Below are positions 37,690-46,700 of a DNA stretch of 64,000 bases, in pieces. Origin of the DNA: a virus; the IMG/VR virus record IMGVR_UViG_3300045988_129623; one strand, 5' to 3'. Both the position numbers and the translations under genes were made by a program. The notes below the pieces were generated by a model, which saw nothing but the letters and a program-made list of their open reading frames with translations, was not told the DNA's origin and searched no databases. Each line of letters begins with the position of its first letter. Within the stretch, counting starts at the first letter, position 1.

Positions 37690-38433
37690 ATGAAAAAAAT
37701 GGACAATATTATTATCCTAAAGGGGACAAATGTGGTTATTAACAAAGATGTTTATGCTTATAAAACGTTAGTAGCCAAAAAAGGGCTTAAGGTTGTGTGT
37801 GAAAAAGATATCAAAAAAGGAGATAAGGAAGCCACGCTGTCGTATGAAGGTCGTATGGAGATTGATATACCAGTTGATTATATACTAAAGAATGATGATG
37901 TCCTTTTCAAAGAAGGAGAATTTCTTTTTGCTAAAAAAGATTATTCTTTTAAAGATGATATTGTTCCTGGGGGAGCTATGGTCGAATTGGCAAAAGAGGT
38001 CTACAATGTAGATGTTATGGCTGTCATATACTACAAAGGGAAACAGTTTAGCATACCCTTGGATTTGTTAGAACCTGTTAGTTCAAAAAAAGACAATAAT
38101 AAAAAAGAAGGGGAATCGGTGAAGAATGACATCATTGACGATAAACTACGATGGGATTTGCTTCCAATGGAAGAGATTGAGGACATTGTAAAAGTCTATC
38201 ATGCCGGAGCCAAGAAATATGGGCCTAATAATTGGCAGAATCTTGACAACGGATTTGAACGGTATCGAGCTGCAATGTTTCGACACCTGATGGAATACAT
38301 GAAAGGAGAAAGAGTGGATTCCGATACAGGATGTTTTCATCTTGCACAATGTGCATGGAACTGCATAGCTATGCTGCAGTATGACAAGCATGGAAAAGGG
38401 TTGATACCATTAAATAAGGAGGAAAAGAAATGA
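37690..38433 (+). CDS. putative dATP/dGTP diphosphohydrolase-domain (MazG-like NTP pyrophosphohydrolase fold) protein
   Basis: C-terminal RWDLLP...GAKKYGPNNW...RHL...GE..D..TG..HLAQCAWNC block, resembling the phage dNTP diphosphohydrolase N-terminal domain family (from memory). Confidence 0.5.
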   Translation: MKKMDNIIILKGTNVVINKDVYAYKTLVAKKGLKVVCEKDIKKGDKEATLSYEGRMEIDIPVDYILKNDDVLFKEGEFLFAKKDYSFKDDIVPGGAMVELAKEVYNVDVMAVIYYKGKQFSIPLDLLEPVSSKKDNNKKEGESVKNDIIDDKLRWDLLPMEEIEDIVKVYHAGAKKYGPNNWQNLDNGFERYRAAMFRHLMEYMKGERVDSDTGCFHLAQCAWNCIAMLQYDKHGKGLIPLNKEEKK

Positions 38434-38738
38434 CAATAGAACAACTAAATTATTTATTAAGAAAAGAGCTTTATGCTATAAAAAACCATAAAGACAATAT
38501 TGATAGAATCAAAAAAGAATATTTTGATTCCAATTATGGGTTAAAAGAAGGAGATAAGATCCGTATTTTACACGAAGCAGGAGATGAAATGATAGGCTTC
38601 TTGAAAAAAGTTGAAGTATGTGAAGACGGAGATCTGTACTTGACAATCCAAAAACAAAACGAAAAAGGTGACAGAGGCAGAGGAATATGGAATATGTATC
38701 TATCATCAAAATCAATTAAAATTGAAAAATGTGTATAA
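38430..38738 (+). CDS. hypothetical protein (102 aa)
   Basis: ORF track. Confidence 0.6.
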   Translation: MTIEQLNYLLRKELYAIKNHKDNIDRIKKEYFDSNYGLKEGDKIRILHEAGDEMIGFLKKVEVCEDGDLYLTIQKQNEKGDRGRGIWNMYLSSKSIKIEKCV

Positions 38739-38742
38739 TGCC

Positions 38743-39922
38743 ATGAGAGTGTTAAGTTTATTTGACGGAATGTCATGTGGTCAAATAGCGTTAAAAGAAA
38801 TAGGGATCACACCTGAAGTATATTATGCATCAGAAATAGATAAGTTTGCTATTAAACAAACGCAATTAAATTTCCCTAATACTATACAAGTAGGAGATGT
38901 AAGGGATTTGAATGTAGAAGATCTTGGACACATAGATCTTATTTTAGCCGGCAGCCCATGTACGGATATGTCCTTTTCTGGAAAAAGAAAAGGGTTGTCT
39001 ACCGTAGGTAGAAGGAATAGAAATCAAATCACTTAATGAGTATCTTGAATTAAAAAAACAAGGATTTGAATTTGCCGGTCAGTCTTACTTATTCTGGGAG
39101 TTTATTCGTATTTTGAATGATGTAAGAAAAACTAATCCTGATGTATTGTTTCTTCTTGAGAACGTTAAGATGGGAAAGAAATGGGAGCCGGTATTTGATG
39201 ATGCTATAGGGTGTAAAGGCAATCATATTAATTCAGCACTTGTTTCCGCTCAAACCAGGAAACGTATTTATTGGACTAATATTCAAGGCGGCATTATCCC
39301 TCAACCTAAAGACGAAGGTTTGACCATAAGTGATATAGCGGAATATGAAGTAGATGAAAAATATTACTTATCTGAAAAAGTTTTAAACAATTTAGCTTTT
39401 CACTTGAAAATAAATCACGACAAGGGAAATTGTTATGGAGCTAATATTAAAACAAAAGATGAGAAATCCAATACTGTTACCGTAAAGGGTAAATACATGT
39501 ACGATCTTATTTGTGTAGCAATGAGAGGTAGGAATCCAGAAAAACCTACATGTAGAGAATCTGGTCTTAAAACAGTTCAGATGATTGAATTTAAAAACGA
39601 TGGAAAATCCAATTGTCTCACAACAGTTCAGAAAGATAATCTTATTTTCCAAATACCAATAGGATTTAACAAAGGTGGATTTCATGAAGATAAGGCTCCA
39701 ACATTATCTTGTAATTCATATGATAGAAACAATTTTATCATACAGAGAGCATTACATGGCGATTTCAGAATAAGAAGATTAACCCCTACAGAGTGCTCCA
39801 GGTTACAGACTGTACCAGATTGGTATAAATGGGAATGCAGCGAAACCCAACAGTACAAGATGTTGGGGAACGGGTGGACTATTAAAGTGATTGAACATAT
39901 ACTTAAAAGAATAAAAGAATAA
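38743..39922 (+). pseudogene. DNA (cytosine-5)-methyltransferase (Dcm-like). It is split by a +1 frame change between about 39007 and 39036, giving an N-terminal part to 39036 and a C-terminal part from about 39008. It may be frameshifted, programmed or a sequencing error
   Basis: Motif I LSLFDGMSCG; motif IV GSPCTDMS; then in the other frame LFWEFIRIL, ENV (motif VI) and QQYKMLGNGWT (motif X). An A-rich tract GGAAAAAGAAAAGGG lies at 38980-38994. Confidence 0.75.
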
Positions 39923-40443
39923 TGATTAGAGCAAGATTTTACATTAAAAAATCCGACTGCGGTAACGACTACCGTCCAGTCAAATGGCCTATAAAATATC
40001 CATATTGGTGTAGTGCAGAATCCAGTAATTCATTTGTATTGGTGGCGTATGCTGAAGATGAAGACAACATAAAAGAACTGTGGCCGGAGGCGTATGATAT
40101 TAATGTCTTAGAGAAAGATACCGAAATTAGATTCACATTAAGATTTCCTAAGCCGGAATGGTATGAATTATATGAAGAAATGTATGATACATTTGTGTGG
40201 ATTACAGACACATGTCTGCAAGATGGTAAGATAAGAAAAGTAAAAGCTAAAATAGAAGATTATGATGGTACTTTATTAGCCGACACTCCTGGCCGGTTCA
40301 CTCCTTATACAATAGGGTATCAAGCTTTTAAAAGTAAAGAAGAAGCTTTGAAATATGCAGAGGAACAGAGAACGGATTTAATTAAGTCTCTTAAGTTACA
40401 AATACATGAACTTGAAAATCTAAAATTTGAATACGATGATTAA
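39922..40443 (+). CDS. hypothetical protein (173 aa)
   Basis: ORF track. Confidence 0.7.
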   Translation: MIRARFYIKKSDCGNDYRPVKWPIKYPYWCSAESSNSFVLVAYAEDEDNIKELWPEAYDINVLEKDTEIRFTLRFPKPEWYELYEEMYDTFVWITDTCLQDGKIRKVKAKIEDYDGTLLADTPGRFTPYTIGYQAFKSKEEALKYAEEQRTDLIKSLKLQIHELENLKFEYDD

Positions 40444-41149
40444 CTATGCAGCAAAAGCCAGAAAAGCTTATTTGATAAACAATTTCGATAAGATCCTTAA
40501 CAGTCTCAACACGCTTCATTCAACGGTTGAGACCATGACGTTGTTCGTAAACGACCAGGCTTATAATTACATTCTTAAGCTAAAGGAAGTAATTAAAACC
40601 AGTCCTATGTATAAGCACAATATCAAGCGTCTTTTAAATAATATGGACAAAGAGATAAAGAGGTACAATGCTTCTATCTACTACATAAATAAAGAGCGTA
40701 GTGAGGTTATAGCTGATATAACACAAGCGATGGAAGATTGTCTCATGCCATACATAGACAATCTGGCCGGCGCTATAAGGGCAGCCGTGTGGTCGAAGGG
40801 TGTGTCCGAGGAGCGGACGGAAGCGGCGGTACTGTCCCTAATCGTATCCTCCTTGGCCACGACATCAGGCAGACTTATCTCAGGTGGATATCAGATCATG
40901 AAAGAAATGGGTGGGGGTCAAGGTGGTAATCCATTTACGTTTATGAGCATTGATAAGATAAGACACTTATCTACATCATTATCTGATGCTATTACCGGTG
41001 GGGAAATAGCTCTTGAGGAAAAAGAAGCCAATGACATAACTAAGGCAATGGATATTTTTATTGAGAAAATGTCTGATTCGGATATTGTTGATAAGGTGAT
41101 CAGCATACTTGAAGAGGCTGAATCTAAAAATAAGGAGGAGCGATCGTGA
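40427..41149 (+). CDS. hypothetical protein (240 aa)
   Basis: ORF track. Confidence 0.7.
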   Translation: MNTMINYAAKARKAYLINNFDKILNSLNTLHSTVETMTLFVNDQAYNYILKLKEVIKTSPMYKHNIKRLLNNMDKEIKRYNASIYYINKERSEVIADITQAMEDCLMPYIDNLAGAIRAAVWSKGVSEERTEAAVLSLIVSSLATTSGRLISGGYQIMKEMGGGQGGNPFTFMSIDKIRHLSTSLSDAITGGEIALEEKEANDITKAMDIFIEKMSDSDIVDKVISILEEAESKNKEERS

Positions 41150-41337
41150 ATTATTTGGATGGGTATGTAGAAGAAGTTCTTTCTGAGCCGTACTATGATG
41201 ATTATGGCTCTGGGGTTTTTAGGTGGTGGGTGAAAGTGTCTTACGTTTGTGAAGGCATAGGAGCTGTCACTACCTTAATGTTTGATACGAGAGAAGAAGC
41301 AGAGGCAGTAAAAATAGGTTATAAATTTTTATGTTGA
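41146..41337 (+). CDS. hypothetical protein (63 aa)
   Basis: ORF track. Confidence 0.5.
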   Translation: MNYLDGYVEEVLSEPYYDDYGSGVFRWWVKVSYVCEGIGAVTTLMFDTREEAEAVKIGYKFLC

Positions 41338-41345
41338 AAATAATA

Positions 41346-41385
41346 TGAGGTATTTTGTTTTATTGTGAGGTATTTTGTTTTATTG
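41346..41385 (+). repeat. perfect tandem duplication (2 x 20 nt, TGAGGTATTTTGTTTTATTG) spanning the start of the lipoprotein gene
   Basis: Read directly from the sequence. Confidence 0.9.
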
Positions 41386-41601
41386 ATGGCACTTGTGTTA
41401 TCATCATGTTCGCATGATGATAGTCAGGTTAATAACGGATGGGTTATATATGATTTACGTCCTTTACAGGGTGGACGTGTGATGTATTATGCTGAAGACG
41501 AAAGAATTTCAATATTTAAACATAATAGAATCATAAAATTCGTTAGATACCAAGGGGAATACAATATCGGAGATTCTATTAAGATCGTGAAAGTAAAATA
41601 A
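41365..41601 (+). CDS. putative lipoprotein (signal peptide MRYFVLLMALVLSSC with lipobox LSSC). The in-frame start is a GTG, because the upstream ATG at 41345 is put out of frame by the 20-nt duplication
   Basis: Signal peptide and lipobox; ORF track. Confidence 0.55.
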   Translation: MRYFVLLMALVLSSCSHDDSQVNNGWVIYDLRPLQGGRVMYYAEDERISIFKHNRIIKFVRYQGEYNIGDSIKIVKVK

Positions 41602-41602
41602 T

Positions 41603-42091
41603 ATGGAAAATAATTTAAAACTCGTATGCCCAAAATGTGGCACCCCTCACCAGCCTCATTCTCCGCACACGATGGATGCAGATGGATTTGAAAGGTGTGA
41701 GATAAGAACTGTCATGGAAGACAGGGGGTGGTGCTACGAATGCTCTTTTTGGCAAAATATGTACGACAAGCACAAAGACGATCCAGGATGGGTTAGGATA
41801 GACGGTGAAAGCTGGGTGCTTAAGCCTATGGTGGAAAACGTACCGAGCGGATGGAACAGCCTTGGATGTGGTGGAAGAAAGATGTATATCAATATCGAAG
41901 GGAAAGGCATTGTTGTATCAAATAACTGCTGGTGCCAAGGTGATGTTTCGGACGCATTCAAGGATCTTATGCCTGATAATGCTACTTGGGCTACGAAGGA
42001 GGAATTTGACAAAGCTCCTGTAGTAGGATATATTGTAGAAGGTATTGGTTTAGTTTTCACAGATAGGGAAGGTCATGAAGTTAATGCTTAG
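41603..42091 (+). CDS. hypothetical Cys-rich protein (162 aa)
   Basis: ORF track. Confidence 0.7.
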   Translation: MENNLKLVCPKCGTPHQPHSPHTMDADGFERCEIRTVMEDRGWCYECSFWQNMYDKHKDDPGWVRIDGESWVLKPMVENVPSGWNSLGCGGRKMYINIEGKGIVVSNNCWCQGDVSDAFKDLMPDNATWATKEEFDKAPVVGYIVEGIGLVFTDREGHEVNA

Positions 42092-42563
42092 AAACTTGTT
42101 TCATATTCCTCTTAGAATAGTTGAAAGGAAATTAACTAATGGGGAAGTAGAATATTGATGCCAATATCAAAACATTTTTGGGAAATGGAAAAACAGGATA
42201 AAATACGATATGTTTGACATGTCGTGTTATGCTGTTTTTTATTCATTCGAAGATGCGTATGAATTTAATTATGGTAAGAACAAAGAAGAAAAGGTAAAGG
42301 TAGTGGATTCTTGTTACAAGAAAAGATGGTAACTACAATAATCCCCGGCCATACAATAGGTGTACGGTTGGGGATTATTGTAATATATGATTAATAACCG
42401 TCTTATCTTATACTAATACATTTTAGTACTATTTTTATATCTTTTATTATAATTCTACATAGGTGTCAATAGGAACAAAGCTGCCAATTGTACTTATCTT
42501 ATATATTGAATGAATAAGGTGAGTACTTGGACTTAATTTCAGTTGAGGTACTTGATTGGATCC

Positions 42564-42896
42564 TTATGTAATAAAGAAATAATAAAAAACGTCTCCAATC
42601 GTAAACTGTAACATAATATCACCTGTTACCGATCCTTCATTAAAGTAAGCCTGGATATATTGTCCAGAATTTGATATCGTACAATTTATAGGATTACCGC
42701 CCATCGTACATACCTTGCTATTATTAATTTCATCTAAAACATAGGAAGCCGCCATAGTTGCTCCATTAGATCGGTATCTACAACCAAGAATAGGTACAGG
42801 ATTTCGCCATGTGGTTGTAGGGGCCGAAATCGAACAAGCAAAAACAGGGATCTTGCCGCCAGCAACTGTATTAATATTTTCAAATCTTCTTCTCAT
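42564..42896 (-). CDS. hypothetical protein of the MRRRF N-terminus family. It is homologous to the C-terminal half of the 60080-60610 product
   Basis: Starts MRRRFENIN; DEINNSKVCTMGGNPIN aligns with NEINECLLMVGGTIMSN in 42901-43284. Confidence 0.6.
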   Translation of the reverse strand: MRRRFENINTVAGGKIPVFACSISAPTTTWRNPVPILGCRYRSNGATMAASYVLDEINNSKVCTMGGNPINCTISNSGQYIQAYFNEGSVTGDIMLQFTIGDVFYYFFIT

Positions 42897-42900
42897 AATT

Positions 42901-43519
42901 TTATAAAATTAATTCAGTAAAAGGACGGACATAATGTGAACTACCCCTTGAACCTGTATCCAAATGATCTCCTTGGATGTTTATATCATAATACCACGAA
43001 TAGTAAAATTTTTCATTTCGAGTGGATGTCCACATTCTATTACTCATTATCGTACCTCCTACCATTAAAAGGCATTCGTTTATTTCATTAGCATACAATG
43101 ATATCAAAAAAAACTCTCCGGCGCCACCTACATATCCATTTTGACCATTTTTAAATAAATAGCTATTAGCTTTATTAAAAGCGTAATCTGTATTACTGGT
43201 ATCATATTCAAGATACGCATTCTGATTTTCACGCCCCCCAATAATCCTTTTTAATAGTTCCCATATGAGAACTATCTTGTGCAAATATATTGTCTATTTC
43301 TCCATCCTTACCCCAACGAAATGTGCCAATATATTCGGTGGCTATAACAAAACACACTTTATCTACAAGAGCTATTCCATTGCATAGATCATTGGAATAT
43401 CCTTTATTAGACCAATTTTCTTTTGTATATAATCCTCCATCTACATGTTGGATGTATATGCCTTTATTGATTATAAGCGAGGGATTTACCCCCATCCCTA
43501 TTTGAAATCTTCGTCTCAT
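42901..43519 (-). CDS. hypothetical protein of the MRRRF family. It is encoded in two overlapping frames (43229-43519 and 42901-43284), so it is a possible frameshifted paralog of 60080-60610
   Basis: Starts MRRRFQIG at 43519. GKDGEIDNIFAQD aligns with GENKIGNIEDHIQD, and NEKFYYSWYYDIN aligns with NENYCYFYYEVN, in the 179-aa paralog. Confidence 0.5.
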
Positions 43520-43549
43520 GATTTTTTGTTTGCAAGATAGCAATAATTG

Positions 43550-43597
43550 ACAACATAAAAGAAACCGGTTCCCTATCATCTCTGACTGAGAACCGGT
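43550..43597 (-). terminator. rho-independent terminator candidate. It is an 8-bp GC-rich stem (ACCGGTTC/GAACCGGT) with an 18-nt loop, followed by a TTCTTTTATGTTG run on the - strand
   Basis: Inverted repeat at 43564-43571 and 43590-43597 with a downstream T-rich run. It lies between the 2140-aa gene and the next gene. Confidence 0.5.
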
Positions 43598-43733
43598 AAG
43601 AAAACAATTTCAGAAAAAATTAAACCTACATAATCTTTCAAGTAAGAACAAAAAACGTACAATCTACTCTTTGACGATGCTAATATAACATATTGGAATC
43701 ATACAAAAACAATGCAAGTCCGATATTCTTCGT

Positions 43734-46700
43734 CTACTTGTAGCTAACATCATCGTCCCCTTCCGAATCAGGAGTAGCGCCGATGAAGAACATCATTGAC
43801 TTGTTGTTCGTCTGCTGCCACCAATTATAGGCGCGCGCTACGTCTTCCGGCGTCTTGATATTATACCATTGTTTGATAAACGTCTGTTTGGCGAGTTGCC
43901 TAAATAACTTAGACTCTCCCTTGTATGTACCGGATGTTACTTTATCAAGTGAATAATTCCTAAGATCGGTAAGATCCTTCAGTTTTCGCCCCATAACAAA
44001 CGGATCGTTAATGATATCTACCACGTTAAGCTCCATAATAAACGGCATCTGTGAAGCTATTTCGTTTATGGTTCTGAATCCGACATAGGATCCAAATTGA
44101 GTAAGCCAACTTTCTTCGTTTTCATCATCATCACGCCATCCGGCAAGAAGCATAGATACGGCCTGCATGATAAGGAACGTGCCGGCATAGACACTGAGAC
44201 GTTTGAGATTGGTTTTTTCTACCTCATTCATATTGTCTTTATTTTCATTCCAGGCATCTATGATGTTTTTCATACCAGACTCGGAAGCCAGGCTAAATGT
44301 TTTGGCTATCATATTCTTTAACGTAATTGACAACCCTTCCTCTTCTTGCATTGTCTGGAAATTGAAGCCACGTCTTTTCCACAGACGTTGAGCCGACAGC
44401 ACCAACCATCCTCGGTGGGCGGTCATGAACCTGGCTATCCAGTTGCGCGATGCGGCAGTTCGGTTTTCTTCATTCAAAGATCCGTTGCATATCTGCGACA
44501 AGCTACGAACTTGATTTCTGGTTATAGCCATCTGGGTTTCTACTTCCTCAACAGTAACACCCGATCCTGGCTTTACAACCACCTTCCCATCCACGACGTC
44601 TACCATACTCCATAAAGTACGATCTTTTAATGCGTTCCATTCTCTTTTTATGGTACTCTGTTCTTTATTGCGTTCTTTTTCCATCTTGAAATCTTGGAAC
44701 GTGTAGAACCGGCCTTTGTAATAACGAACATTGTCCATAGTAGCAATCATAACCTGCGGATCAAGAGGGTAGTTCAGGATTTCCATAAAAGCATACATAG
44801 GCGAACGCATTAAGGTCCTGGCCGCTCTATTGTATCCGGCACCATACATACGATTTCGGATATTGAATATCCCCATTCTCTCACCTATGACATATAATTT
44901 GCTTTTCCTATCTATGTCTCCGGTTTCTGCTATACAAGATGGAGCAAGGCGTGAAAATTCAGCCGATGCGTATTTAAGGGAGTCTTTGCTTATATACTGT
45001 CCTACGGCAGATTCCATGATGAGGTTGATATGACCTGTTAAGGCGCCGGTAGCTGCCACAAATGGAGACAGTGCCAAGTTCATGACCGACATAAACCTTT
45101 CAACAGCCATCATAATTCTTGTAAGGTCTACCGTATATCCTCCGATGTTCACCGTAAGTTTTTTGGTGTTCATCCTAATGCCATAATAATGATCGTTGAA
45201 GAAGTCCCTGAACATCTGATATGCTTGGGTTGCTTCAGCCTTTTTACCACCTTCAAATTGTTTATTTAGTAACATCTGCTCCAGTCCTTGAGCGAGCTCT
45301 ATAGACTTCTGCTTTTCGTTGTATAACGATGACTGCATCATAAGCATCGAATAAGAGTAGCCAAAATCGTGAGATACATCATCTTGGTTCTCCAATTCAT
45401 ATATGTAGTATTTAGGTATAGACCTAAGTCTGTCTTCCGGGTCATATACTTCCCCTTGCCTGGTCTTACCATATAGAGAATCGTCTACTCTGTCCAGGCA
45501 CAGATCTGATACAAAATTACGAACCGTATTTTTGAAGTTAATACCCAATCCTTCCATACGTTCTATGTCTTGTTTTGATATCTGTGGAATAGCATACAAA
45601 TTGGGACTCTGCTCTTTGTATAGATCAAGGGATTGTCTTTTTATTTCCTTGAGTTTTTGAATCATATTCCACTGCTCTACGTTTTTAGTAGCGACCTCAT
45701 TACCATCAGCATCATATTTGATACCAAAGTCATTGAGATACGATTCATCACGATACAGGCTTTTCTTAGGCATGCGATGACCATACCCATGATCTTTTAC
45801 ATAATCAGGATTACGACCGCTATTTTCGGCTTCAGATTCAGCCACCCATGCCCTTGCAGGGTCGAAAGACAGGTACGATATGTCCATGCCATAATCTTGG
45901 GTGGATGTACCGTTTTGTACGTCCTTAACCATCTGCGCCACATCTATCTCACCTCGACCAATTTTGTCGATCATAGCCGCATATCCGGTAGGCGCCATGC
46001 GTTTATAGTATGAAAAGACCTGGCTCCTGGCAAATTCATTAACAATAGCATTAGCCTCTTCTATACCTGATTCTCTTGTGTTATTTAAAAACAAGCTGGC
46101 CATTTTAGCATTGACGGCATTCCTAAAATCTCTACCGTCTAATTCTTTGCTTATTCCAAGCTTTTCTGACAAGTAGTTGGTTTCAGATACGGTAAACAGA
46201 TACCGGTTATCAGCAGCTTTGAATAACTTATCCCTTAAGGCTTGAATCCTTTTTGCTTTCTTCGCCGTAGTATGACGTTGTACGAACTTCCATTCCACTT
46301 CCTTGGAGTCAGCAAGAGCATTTAAATAAGACTGATTTACTTCGTTTTCAGCCTTACTGCTTTTAGTAAGGTACTTATCAATATCTTCAAGACCCACCAT
46401 CTTAGCATAATCTATTAAGATAGCGTAATCGGCTTCAATAGCTTCAGATGCGGCCCTAAAAGCATCTCTTTCAGATGAGGTAAATGTCGCTTCGTTAATC
46501 TCTCCGATATCAGCCACATCGCGATTGTTTCCGATTATTTCCTTGATAATAGCCTTATTTTTTTCTATATCTTTCACAATAGAATCCACGTCAGTCGCAT
46601 CTCTATCACTTGTCGTAGAACTAATGATATCATGCGCCATTTTAAGATACGAAGCCTTGTTATTTGATTCGGTACGTGCCGACTGTTCTGATTCTACATC

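Noticed and set aside
605-41106. Numerous - strand ORFs from the track lying inside the + strand gene block, for example 605-958, 1080-1391, 2097-2435, 13105-13623, 24125-24528 and 38509-38776.
   Set aside because: They lie antisense to and entirely within tightly packed, translationally coupled + strand genes. The longer ones coincide with GC-rich islands where stop codons are rare. They are judged spurious.
41346-41385. A CRISPR array or other multi-copy direct repeat array.
   Set aside because: Only two copies of a 20-nt unit are present, with no spacers. No repeat-spacer architecture exists elsewhere in the window.
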